NCBI GenBank assembly: GCA_030679955.1
Contig: JAUXSF010000012.1
Coordinates: 22,498 to 86,497 of the forward strand
Source: Chlamydiales bacterium
GTDB lineage: Bacteria > Chlamydiota > Chlamydiia > Chlamydiales > JAJFMA01
Direction of reading: 5' to 3'
Length of the DNA stretch: 64,000 bases
The notes under the pieces were generated by a model that ran no database searches, had not been told where the DNA came from, and was given only the letters and a program-made list of their open reading frames with translations. Positions within the stretch are counted from its first letter, which is position 1, and every line of letters starts with the position of its first letter. This document shows, in pieces, positions 10,222-18,525 of this stretch. The translations under genes were made by a program, and so were the position numbers.

Positions 10222-11187
10222 TTACCGACCATCTCCCCAGTCAGCTTTTTTCGCCCACTGATAAGCTTCGCCTTGCTTTTTGGAAATAATGGTTTGTTTT
10301 AAACCGTCCAACGAGCACAACTCCATATGCACATGTCCGGACTTCCTCAAAGGATGCCGCACCACCCTGTCATGAACGCGTTCGCCACTGCCCTTTGTGA
10401 AGACAACATAAGAAAATTTTTCATCTTCGTGTCCCAACGTAGCGTTCTTAACCTGTCTGTGCGTGGATGTTCTCGGAACGCGACATGGAAAATGACACCA
10501 ATCGGTTGTGCCTTGCATAGGACAGCAGTCCATATGTGGACATGGAGCTACTAGATTTCCTCCCAATGCTATCAGAGCCTTTCGGACCTGCAGAATTGTT
10601 TCGTAACCTCGTGGCGTTCCCGGCTCGATGACTATAAGAGCTTGTTGTGCTGCTTCCCAACATTGCTTCAAAATATTCTCTCGCTTGTCTGCACCAAGCT
10701 CACCAATCGAATAAGATAGAAGCACCAGATCGCTCGGTAGGAGGGACTCCATGCTACTCATATCTGCCTGTAGCCATTCAGCGTTAGATAATAGAGTACT
10801 ATCACTTGCTAATGTGCGTCCCATGGCTATGAAAGAGCTATCCTGCTCCACAAGAGTGATCTTTTGCAGTGACTCGAAAGCATCTGAAACTGCCCACATA
10901 CCTGTTCCAGGGCCTGCTCCGACATCCAAAAGACTACCCGGCCTCAAGTCAGGGGCTCTCATCGATAACTCCCTAACAACAGCATAAACAGCTTCGTACG
11001 TTGCCGGTAAACGCATCGTTAAATACGCCAAGCGATGAGCATCATTTGAAAGCAATGGACCACCAAAACACTGCCCTTGGTTGCGATAGCGATCCGATAG
11101 GTCTTGTGTAGCACGCGTTAGTGCTGTCAGCGACTGTGAGGAAGTAAGCTCTTCTATAGCTAGCTGTAAAGCTTGTGGCAAGGTCAT
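10222..11187 (-). CDS. Rsm22-like SAM-dependent methyltransferase
   Basis: SAM motif 'LLDVGAGPGTGMWA' plus the C-terminal Cys cluster 'CPHMDCCPMQGTTDWCHFPCRV' typical of bacterial Rsm22/COG5459 proteins. Start chosen at MTLPQALQ. Confidence 0.75.
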   Translation of the reverse strand: MTLPQALQLAIEELTSSQSLTALTRATQDLSDRYRNQGQCFGGPLLSNDAHRLAYLTMRLPATYEAVYAVVRELSMRAPDLRPGSLLDVGAGPGTGMWAVSDAFESLQKITLVEQDSSFIAMGRTLASDSTLLSNAEWLQADMSSMESLLPSDLVLLSYSIGELGADKRENILKQCWEAAQQALIVIEPGTPRGYETILQVRKALIALGGNLVAPCPHMDCCPMQGTTDWCHFPCRVPRTSTHRQVKNATLGHEDEKFSYVVFTKGSGERVHDRVVRHPLRKSGHVHMELCSLDGLKQTIISKKQGEAYQWAKKADWGDGR

Positions 11188-11332
11188 CTTTTCCCTTTTT
11201 TTCGCAATAGCATATCGAAAAAAGAATTTCGCCACCATATGAGGAGGTAATTCTCAAATGACGACCTGACACGTGGTTGTATTGGTATCGTGCGCATTAA
11301 GTTTAAAAGGTTAGAGAAAACATTTGAACTTT

Positions 11333-11447
11333 GCAGGATAAGCAGGATCGCTGCGCGGCAGGATAGGCAAGATTTTTGGAAAAAAAGTTAGAATTGATCT
11401 TTTACAAAGCGTAAAAAACTAAGAATCAGTCCCCATCCTGCCTATTC
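11333..11447. repeat. 9-bp periodic palindromic block (CAGGATARG type)
   Basis: Left arm 'gcaggataagcaggatcgctgcgcggcaggataggcaag' faces 'ccccatcctgcctattcc' about 60 nt downstream. The same block forms the insertion target at 61741-62000. Confidence 0.6.
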
Positions 11448-11880
11448 CATCCGCATCAACCTAATTCTGAAAAATGCGTCGTAGAGCTCTTTACTTCAAC
11501 ATACTAATGTAAGCAACATTGAAACGTACTCTGCAGCTAATGCTGCGAAGTAGCAATTCTTATCTTAGCCCCTAGCCATACCCGAAGAATGAGGGTGGCT
11601 AGGGGTAAGATCAAAAAGCCGTTCGCGTTGCGGAGCACCGCGTCTTGGGTAACGTATTATCGTGCAATAAGATGGTTTCCAACTAGACGCGATGCTCCGC
11701 AGCGCGATGATATTACTATTCCACCCCTAGCCAACCCTCATTCTTCGGGTATGGCTAGGGGCTAAGATAAGAATTGCTGCCTCGCAGCATTAGCTGCAGA
11801 ATACACTTCAACCAATGTGACATGCATAATTTTAAAGTAGAACTATTTGCAATGAATTTTCCTGTAAAAATACTCCACAT
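11448..11880. mobile_element. MITE-like element copy 1 (left TIR present, right end missing) carrying a ~270 nt long-hairpin cargo
   Basis: Left TIR 'catccgcatcaacctaatt' at 11448-11466 has one mismatch to the copy at 61758. The cargo palindrome 11531-11800 runs from 'ctgcagctaatgctgcgaag...' to '...ctcgcagcattagctgcag'. No right TIR was found. Confidence 0.65.
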
Positions 11881-11884
11881 AAGT

Positions 11885-11955
11885 TGGACGAAGTGAGCCT
11901 TTTTGGACGTGATAAACCTTGTCCACATCGTCCACACCAGCCCACTTCGTCCACT
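11885..11955. repeat. 9-bp periodic inverted repeat (GGACG/GTCCA type)
   Basis: Sequence 'ggacgaagtgagcctttttggacgtgataaaccttgtccacatcgtccacaccagcccacttcgtcc', with outer arms ggacgaagtg.gc / gc.cacttcgtcc. Confidence 0.7.
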
Positions 11956-11960
11956 ATCCG

Positions 11961-12767
11961 CTATCTACGAGATGAATATTGCATTATTAAGTCCTGAATA
12001 TGAGTATTGCTACATTCTTCCTTCCACTTTTGAAGCAGGCTGCACACATGACGATGGGGGACCTGAAATGTATGACTCAGTAATCCACGTATTTCGGCTT
12101 TGGATTCATTAGGATACTTACCTAGCAAGATTTGAAACTCTACAAGTCTGTCATGCTCTAAACGGAGACTCAAATCCTTTAATAACGTATCTATCTTGGG
12201 ATCCCTTAATTTTCTGAATTCCGCTAGCTGACTGATAACTTCGCTCTTTTTAATGCGCCATTGCAAACCTAATCTCCTAATAGTTTCCGAGTAAGTGTTT
12301 GGATGTTCGCGAAGCTCCTTCTCTAAACTGTTCAATCGGTTGGCTCCTATAGATGTCCTTTTTCTTTTAAACTCTAGCTTCGACACCTCCAGTGATATGG
12401 GTGACTCTTGCTTCCTGTGAGCCATAATTTCTTCTATGTCCTGATCCACACTCGTCGACGTTTCTTGCAAAAGCTGCTTCTCTAGTTCATCTGCGAAGCT
12501 AAGGGAAGGCAAAGGCTGCATAGTAACATCGTCTGCCTGAGGAGAATCCAACCGTAGAGCGCCTTGTTGCGTTACGAGATTTTCGATAGAGGAAAGAACA
12601 TTCGACTGTGAAATATCTAAAACCACTCGATTGTCTACAGAGTCTACGCATGGCGCAGCTATGGGCAACACATATCTGTTTTGAGTGGTAATGTCCGCCG
12701 CCTGCGCTTGATCGACAGGTAGACTTTGTCTAACAGGAGAACTATTACCAATTTCACCAAAATTCAT
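11961..12767 (-). CDS. Hypothetical protein with two homeodomain-like helical segments in the C-terminal half
   Basis: 268 aa with no signal peptide, in AT-richer DNA. Residues 134-250 carry 'KRKRTSIGANRLNSLEKEL...' and '...GKYPNESKAEIRGLLSHTFQVPHRHVCSLLQKWKEE' (see finding). Confidence 0.6.
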   Translation of the reverse strand: MNFGEIGNSSPVRQSLPVDQAQAADITTQNRYVLPIAAPCVDSVDNRVVLDISQSNVLSSIENLVTQQGALRLDSPQADDVTMQPLPSLSFADELEKQLLQETSTSVDQDIEEIMAHRKQESPISLEVSKLEFKRKRTSIGANRLNSLEKELREHPNTYSETIRRLGLQWRIKKSEVISQLAEFRKLRDPKIDTLLKDLSLRLEHDRLVEFQILLGKYPNESKAEIRGLLSHTFQVPHRHVCSLLQKWKEECSNTHIQDLIMQYSSRR

Positions 12768-12900
12768 TGTTTATTCCTTTTTTTATTTATGAATGATTAT
12801 TTTACCGCGTTCAAATATATAATTAATTCGAATTAAAGTAAACAATTATCATATAGATTTATCAGGAATGGGACGACCCACAGAACTTTAAAGAACTACA

Positions 12901-13782
12901 TTAACTATTAACTCTAGACTTTGCTTTTGCGGCGGAGCCGCTACGAATAATGATGACACCAGCAATGACGACCAGGACAACGCCCACTAAGTCTATCCAG
13001 GCTGGGATGATCCCCCAGAACATCCAGTCGATCAAACCAACAAACACTACCGATGTATATTGATAGACGCCTACTTGAGAAGCCTCGGCATAGGCGTAGG
13101 CTCTGACCAGCGACATTTGTGCGACCATCAGCGATGCACCGGCTAGCACAGCGAACATAAAGTCGTGCGTGCTTAAGACCGGTCCAGCCACCGACAAGAA
13201 AGGCAACTGTATTAACGCTGCAATAAAAACAAAGTAAAACGCGATACGATTATGCGACTCCGTCTCGGTAAGCACTTTGACCATCAAGTAAGCGCCCGCT
13301 AGCGCGATACCAGACCCCAGGCCGTAGAAATCTCCAATATGATCAAATATCGATAATGTAGGCTTGATGATGAATGTAATACCTATAAAACCCAACGCAA
13401 TCGCCAACCATGTTCTAAGTTCAACATGTACCTTCAAAAACATTGTCGCCATAATCGGAATAAACAACGGCGATGAATTAAACAATAACGTCGCATTGAC
13501 GATAGGTATTTTTTGCATCGATAGCAGATAAAGTGATGTTGCCGATAGGCCTATAGCGGCACGGAAAAAGTGTTTAAATGGATGCTTAGTCTTAAAAGAT
13601 TCCACACCCTCACGAAGCATAAAGGGCAACATCAGCAAGGTGGCAGTAATATACATCACCACACTTGTCCAGATCTCATGCCCATCCCTAGTCGCCATTT
13701 TGGTGAAGACACCGAGCAGAGCCATGCTAAAGAAGCATAGAACAGCGTACAGGCTTCCCTTGACGAGGGTGGAATGAGCCAT
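12901..13782 (-). CDS. DMT superfamily (EamA-like) transporter
   Basis: 293 aa with about 10 predicted TM helices in a two-EamA-repeat layout. Its start shares a 1-nt overlap (13782) with the stop of the upstream bicupin gene. Confidence 0.8.
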   Translation of the reverse strand: MAHSTLVKGSLYAVLCFFSMALLGVFTKMATRDGHEIWTSVVMYITATLLMLPFMLREGVESFKTKHPFKHFFRAAIGLSATSLYLLSMQKIPIVNATLLFNSSPLFIPIMATMFLKVHVELRTWLAIALGFIGITFIIKPTLSIFDHIGDFYGLGSGIALAGAYLMVKVLTETESHNRIAFYFVFIAALIQLPFLSVAGPVLSTHDFMFAVLAGASLMVAQMSLVRAYAYAEASQVGVYQYTSVVFVGLIDWMFWGIIPAWIDLVGVVLVVIAGVIIIRSGSAAKAKSRVNS

Positions 13783-14795
13783 TAGCCCCCTCCGGATATC
13801 ACCAACACATCGCGTTGATGCCTAGGCATATCCGCCAGCAAGCTTGGGTCGATGTTGAAGCTTGAAGCGATTACTTCGTCCGAATAGGCTCCAAAACATC
13901 CCGAAAGCCCGATGTCCGACGGTGCTGTATTGCTAAAAAATATAGCAAAGTGCGCTTCGTCTGGTCCTGTGTTTTCGATGTAGTGGATATATCCTTGCGG
14001 CAAAAAGCTCATATCGCCAGCTTTCATGTCAAAAGTCTCCACAGCACCATTAGGAGACAACAACGTAATCCTAGCTGTGCCACGAGTTAGATAGTTCAGT
14101 TCGTTAGCATTAGGGTGCCAATGCGGCTCTCTGGCCCCTTTGGGCTTTAACAAAACAGCATAAACGGCAAGCTCGTCTAAAGTAGACATAAGAAAGCGGT
14201 TGCTCATCTTTACCCAGCCACCCAGGGTGCTCACCTGAGGCGAAGAGTCTTCCAGGCTTAGCTTGTAACGGTTTGTCATGAAGGGCAGCGTTGGCGCTAG
14301 TTTAGCTTTTACTTCACCGATGAAGGTGTCCGCATGGTTTTTTGTATTCTTGTCGTAAAAGAGCTTGGAGTTACCTGCCGTCTCCGCCAATATGTGCGAC
14401 GGCATAACAGCGACGCTGCGACTAAGATCTAAATCCTCTGGATCCTCATGACTAAAGCATAGGACCATTTTTAGAGGTACATCGCCGGTATTTTCAATGT
14501 GATGCATGTATCCGATCGGTACAAAGGCTATAGCTCCAGGCTCAATAGTGAAAGTATCATGATTATTGCCATGACCAAAGATAGTCATGAGCCCGCGACC
14601 CTCTGTACAGTAGCTCAGCTCGTGCGCATTCGGATGCCAATGCGGCTCCCGAACGGCTCTAGGGTTGAGCTCTAAGAGCGACAATGACATGCCTTTCAGG
14701 GAGGGAAGCTGCTCGACACGAGCGTCAATACGCTGACCTCCCCCACGAACGACCTTAGGCGCTTGTGAACCGATTGGATAATAATGCTGCATCAT
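13782..14795 (-). CDS. Bicupin protein (oxalate decarboxylase/oxidase-like)
   Basis: 337 aa with two cupin motifs: 'REPHWHPNAHELSYCTEGRG...IGYMHHIEN' and 'REPHWHPNANELNYLTRGTA...QGYIHYIEN'. Confidence 0.8.
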   Translation of the reverse strand: MMQHYYPIGSQAPKVVRGGGQRIDARVEQLPSLKGMSLSLLELNPRAVREPHWHPNAHELSYCTEGRGLMTIFGHGNNHDTFTIEPGAIAFVPIGYMHHIENTGDVPLKMVLCFSHEDPEDLDLSRSVAVMPSHILAETAGNSKLFYDKNTKNHADTFIGEVKAKLAPTLPFMTNRYKLSLEDSSPQVSTLGGWVKMSNRFLMSTLDELAVYAVLLKPKGAREPHWHPNANELNYLTRGTARITLLSPNGAVETFDMKAGDMSFLPQGYIHYIENTGPDEAHFAIFFSNTAPSDIGLSGCFGAYSDEVIASSFNIDPSLLADMPRHQRDVLVISGGG

Positions 14796-15220
14796 TTCTT
14801 CCCCGGAATAGGAGTTAAATTAGCATGGGCCGCCCACTTCCATGTATCGCCTACCTTCTGCCATACGCTTTGACGATAGGTTGGGCTGCCCTTAACAATT
14901 CTTTGATTATCAATCGTTTCCGCAACGATGATTTTGTAGGAAACAGTCAATAAGCCAGGACCTTCTGTTGATCTAAAATCAGATAATTCGTAGCTACTAA
15001 CATTCAATGTTTTAAGTAGCATGATCTCTTGACCACGTGTCCTAGGGCCATCTGTATGTATTGATTGAAAGGACTGGGCCATTTTCTGCTGCACCATTGG
15101 CCAATTGCGATCCTTGAAATTAGCCCATAGCTCTTTCTCAAGTCTCTCACCCTCTGCAGGATCGGCTGAAAGAGTCAGCGGTAAACACGCTAACAGCGCC
15201 ACGAGAATGATCTTAAACAT
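14792..15220 (-). CDS. Exported NTF2-like (SnoaL/DUF4440-like) protein
   Basis: 142 aa with signal peptide 'MFKIILVALLACLPLTLSA'. Size and pattern fit an NTF2-like fold. 4-nt overlap with the bicupin gene. Confidence 0.5.
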   Translation of the reverse strand: MFKIILVALLACLPLTLSADPAEGERLEKELWANFKDRNWPMVQQKMAQSFQSIHTDGPRTRGQEIMLLKTLNVSSYELSDFRSTEGPGLLTVSYKIIVAETIDNQRIVKGSPTYRQSVWQKVGDTWKWAAHANLTPIPGKK

Positions 15221-15328
15221 AGCCTTACTCCATCTATCTGAATCTTAAACTCAACCTAAGGCGACTTCGATGTAGTGTCAAGCATGTTTTTTTGATACAA
15301 TGCCCTTCCATTTCACAAGGAGACTCTT

Positions 15329-16114
15329 ATGCGCTTAAAACTCTTATTCGTTTTGGTTCTTCACTGCCTTACTCTACATGCATCTACCAATGAATACCTA
15401 GACCTTATGCACCGCTACCCACAAACATTGGGTCCGCTGGGAGATGCCTCCAAAGGGGAGATAGAAATCACGCTAGATCTGAACGAAATTCGCGACATAC
15501 AGCTAGCCACAGGTCGCCAGGTAGGCATCGTCGCTCAAGACAACTACTGGATTTGGATCAACGACGCTTGCCACTTCCCCAATGGCAGAAAAGGTGTCTA
15601 TGGACGCATCGCATGGAAAAGAAGACTCTCCGACTTTGTTGGCGCCGCAGCCATGCCCATGCTGCCGGACGGACGCATCGTTATGAATTTAATGTTCCGC
15701 CATTCGACTCGCTGTTGGGAAGTGGAGCTTCCACGTGGCATGGCTGAAGCTGGCGAAACAGTCGCCGAAGCAGCAGCTCGCGAAGCACGTGAAGAAACAG
15801 GAATGGTTGTTAGTAATCTAGTACGCTTGGGCGATATAGCCTCTGACACTGGCATCAGCGGCACCACGGTCCCTATCTTCCTAGCTCAAGTCACAGACCA
15901 AGTAACTACAGAAAGAGACGATGCAGAAGCCATCGAAGATGTTTTTGCCATGAGCATCCCAGAAATAAAGGCAGCCTTCGTAAAGGGCTACTACGAAACG
16001 GAAATCAATGGCAAAAAGATCACCGCACGCTTCCGCGACCCTTTCCTAGCTTATGGAGTCTTGCTCTATGAGGCTATTAATGGGCAAAACGATGAAATGG
16101 ACCTAAAGAGGTAA
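15329..16114 (+). CDS. Nudix hydrolase with N-terminal signal peptide
   Basis: Nudix box 'GMAEAGETVAEAAAREAREETG' (Gx5Ex7REUxEExGU). The N-terminus 'MRLKLLFVLVLHCLTLHAS' looks like a Sec signal. Confidence 0.8.
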   Translation: MRLKLLFVLVLHCLTLHASTNEYLDLMHRYPQTLGPLGDASKGEIEITLDLNEIRDIQLATGRQVGIVAQDNYWIWINDACHFPNGRKGVYGRIAWKRRLSDFVGAAAMPMLPDGRIVMNLMFRHSTRCWEVELPRGMAEAGETVAEAAAREAREETGMVVSNLVRLGDIASDTGISGTTVPIFLAQVTDQVTTERDDAEAIEDVFAMSIPEIKAAFVKGYYETEINGKKITARFRDPFLAYGVLLYEAINGQNDEMDLKR

Positions 16115-16152
16115 CATAGGCATTTCTGGCAGCCACTCCACATCCCCATTGC

Positions 16153-16190
16153 GGAATATTCCTCATTTGGAATATACATTGAAAGGAATA
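16153..16190. promoter_or_regulatory. Candidate operator upstream of the ArsR-family gene: three GGAATA hexamers at exact 16-bp spacing
   Basis: GGAATA occurs at 16153, 16169 and 16185. The first is part of the perfect palindrome GGAATATTCC. The site lies 27-64 nt upstream of the ATG at 16217. Confidence 0.3.
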
Positions 16191-16216
16191 CACTACAACC
16201 GCTTTGGGGACTCGTC

Positions 16217-16582
16217 ATGAAACTCATCCAAATATACGAATGCCTGTGCGATGAAACCCGCCTGCGCATTCTAAACTTATTGCAGATCACGCCACTGTGC
16301 GTTTCACATCTGCAAAAGATTCTAGAAATCCCTCAGGTAAAGGTCACAAAGCACTTAGCCTACATGAGAGAACGCGGAATGGTAGAAGCTACTCGTCACG
16401 AGAATTGGATGCTCTACACATTATGCAGAAGCGCTTCTAGTGAACTTGATACCAACCTAAAATGCCTCCAGGATTGCAGTAAAGACTATGCAATCTTCAA
16501 TAGCGACATGAAACGGTTGAAAAACATGCACCAAGAAATAGCTGAAGTAATTCAAAATGCTCAAATAAAGGTAAAAAAATGA
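16217..16582 (+). CDS. ArsR/SmtB family transcriptional regulator
   Basis: 121 aa with 'IYECLCDETRLRILNLLQITPLCVSHLQKIL', a winged-HTH layout. Cysteines occur at 'CLC' (N-terminal), 'LCV' (alpha3 region) and 'KCLQDC' (C-terminal). Confidence 0.85.
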   Translation: MKLIQIYECLCDETRLRILNLLQITPLCVSHLQKILEIPQVKVTKHLAYMRERGMVEATRHENWMLYTLCRSASSELDTNLKCLQDCSKDYAIFNSDMKRLKNMHQEIAEVIQNAQIKVKK

Positions 16583-17292
16583 AGTGGATGCCAATCCTCG
16601 CGCTAATGTGCGCTTTCATGATGTGCGGAGACCTATCCGCCGACAATGAAAGATACCAATATCTGCTATTTTACAAAGAGCAGGACGAAAGCACATCCCA
16701 AATGCAGCAAACGCTTAAGCATGCTTTAGCTAAACTAGGAGACAAAGCCTCCTCCGTAGAAATTGACGTCAGCGACCCCTCTAATGACGATATTGTGAAA
16801 GCCTACAATCTCAGAAGATCCCCCATGCCTCTCATACTAGTCATAGCGCCCAATGGCGCCATCGCCAGCGGCTTTCCATTGAAAGTAACAGAGGAAAATC
16901 TGTTAAGCGCAGTGATGACGGAAGCTATGGCAGACACCCTCAAGGCACTGCAAAACCGTCGCTTGGTGCTTTTAAGCGTACAGAACCATCGCACAAGCAA
17001 GAATAGCGAAGCTATCGCAAGTGCTAAAGCGTTTCAAACTGACCCACGCTTCTCAGCCGCCACCGAAACGATATTCATTGATTCATCGAACCACGAAGAG
17101 CAAGCATTCCTAAAGCAACTTGGAGTCGATCCCACTACACCGGTAGCGATGACAGTGGTGATAGCTCCCCCGTCCAAAGTAGTTGGCAAGTACGAAGGTA
17201 GTTTTGATAAGGACGCTCTAATTTCTGATCTAAAAAAGGCATCGACAGGCTGCTGTCCTGGCGGCTGCTGCAACGGCTGCTGCTGCCATTAG
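16579..17292 (+). CDS. Exported protein: two thioredoxin-like repeats (no CxxC) plus a C-terminal poly-cysteine tail
   Basis: Signal peptide 'MKWMPILALMCAFMMCGDLSA'. Internal duplication: 'IDVSDPSNDDIVKAYNL..P..LVIAPNG' versus 'IDSSNHEEQAFLKQLGV..P..VVIAPPS'. Ends in 'GCCPGGCCNGCCCH'. ATGA overlap with the arsR-family gene. Confidence 0.75.
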   Translation: MKWMPILALMCAFMMCGDLSADNERYQYLLFYKEQDESTSQMQQTLKHALAKLGDKASSVEIDVSDPSNDDIVKAYNLRRSPMPLILVIAPNGAIASGFPLKVTEENLLSAVMTEAMADTLKALQNRRLVLLSVQNHRTSKNSEAIASAKAFQTDPRFSAATETIFIDSSNHEEQAFLKQLGVDPTTPVAMTVVIAPPSKVVGKYEGSFDKDALISDLKKASTGCCPGGCCNGCCCH

Positions 17293-17302
17293 GAGGCATT
17301 AA

Positions 17303-18523
17303 ATGAAGTGGACACAATTAGTTTTTAGCGAATTGCTACAACGAAAAAACAAGCTGATAACCAGTGCTTTGGCTATCACCCTTGGCGTGGCAGTCATCGT
17401 GATGATTAACAGCATCACAACGTACTCCGAAAAAGCCATTTCTAAGGAATTGGATGCCCTCGGGGCCAATATCTTGATCCTACCCCAAGGCACAGCCCTT
17501 GTGGATTATTATAGTGCAGATTTACAGGACTCCGAGATACCAGAGGAGTATGTCACCCTATTGGCAACTTCCGATCTGGAAGGATTGGACAACCTTTCAC
17601 CCAAGCTGTCTGTGCCTGTCGTGGTCAATGGCGAAAGTTTAACCCTCACCGGCATACTGCCCAAGAATGAGTTCCAAAGTAAAACCTGTTGGCAAGGAGC
17701 TGGCATCTTCTCGCGCCCAAAAACCTGCGGCGATGTGGATGACATCTTCGGCTTTAGCAAGAAGACTCCGGAAGCGGTCCTGGCGCGTAAACGCGTCATC
17801 GAAACGTTAGAGTCCAACGAAGTGCTAATTGGCTCAGAAGTAGCCTCTGCACTCAATTTGATCGAGGGAAGTCAACTTACTCTTTTGACCAAAGTTTTCA
17901 ATGTGTCAGCTGTTCTGCCCCAGACCGGCACCATCGATGACTCACGTATCTTTGCCCACCTTCACAGCGTGCAAGCCTTGACGGGCAAGGAATCCGTGGT
18001 AAATGCCATAGAGGTTGTAGGATGCTGTGAACAAATCTCCAAAGGCCTCGTAGGTAAAATTGGCACACTATTGCCTGGCACTAAAATCGTCACCATCACC
18101 CAAGTAGTAGACACGCAAGTGCGCACGAATGAGCTCATGAGAAACCTCTCGAAGCTCTTCCTCGTGATCATCTTGGTTGTCGGCGGAGCGAGCATAGCCA
18201 ACGATATGTACAACAATGTGTACGAACGGCGGAGAGAGGTAGGAACTTTAGTAGCTTTGGGAGCTAGTTCAAATACAGTCCTTAAGGTGTTTCTCACCAA
18301 AGCATTGATTCTAGGGCTAGTGGGAGGAATTGCTGGCTTCGTTCTAGGTACTCTGATTGCTGTTATCTGCGGCCCCCTACTAGCTGGTGTGCCGGTACTA
18401 CCGATTCCACAGCTCTTAGTATCTTCTGTAGCGTTGTCTGTAGCCATTACTCTATTGGCAAGCTATTTTCCAGCTCGTTATGCAACGCGCTTAGACCCTA
18501 GTATTGTTCTTCAGGAGGTTTAG
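17303..18523 (+). CDS. ABC transporter permease, FtsX/MacB type
   Basis: 406 aa. TM1 is followed by a large (~240 aa) extracytoplasmic domain and three C-terminal TMs (FtsX domain). AGGAGG lies 6 nt upstream of the start. Confidence 0.85.
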   Translation: MKWTQLVFSELLQRKNKLITSALAITLGVAVIVMINSITTYSEKAISKELDALGANILILPQGTALVDYYSADLQDSEIPEEYVTLLATSDLEGLDNLSPKLSVPVVVNGESLTLTGILPKNEFQSKTCWQGAGIFSRPKTCGDVDDIFGFSKKTPEAVLARKRVIETLESNEVLIGSEVASALNLIEGSQLTLLTKVFNVSAVLPQTGTIDDSRIFAHLHSVQALTGKESVVNAIEVVGCCEQISKGLVGKIGTLLPGTKIVTITQVVDTQVRTNELMRNLSKLFLVIILVVGGASIANDMYNNVYERRREVGTLVALGASSNTVLKVFLTKALILGLVGGIAGFVLGTLIAVICGPLLAGVPVLPIPQLLVSSVALSVAITLLASYFPARYATRLDPSIVLQEV

Positions 18524-18525
18524 AT

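Noticed and set aside
17962-18447. 161-aa minus-strand ORF inside the FtsX permease gene. Similar long antisense ORFs occur at 34234-34776, 56404-56883, 56911-57408 and 47183-47539.
   Set aside because: All lie antisense within well-supported ABC or RND genes. None has an RBS or a recognisable motif, and their composition mirrors the sense-strand codon bias.
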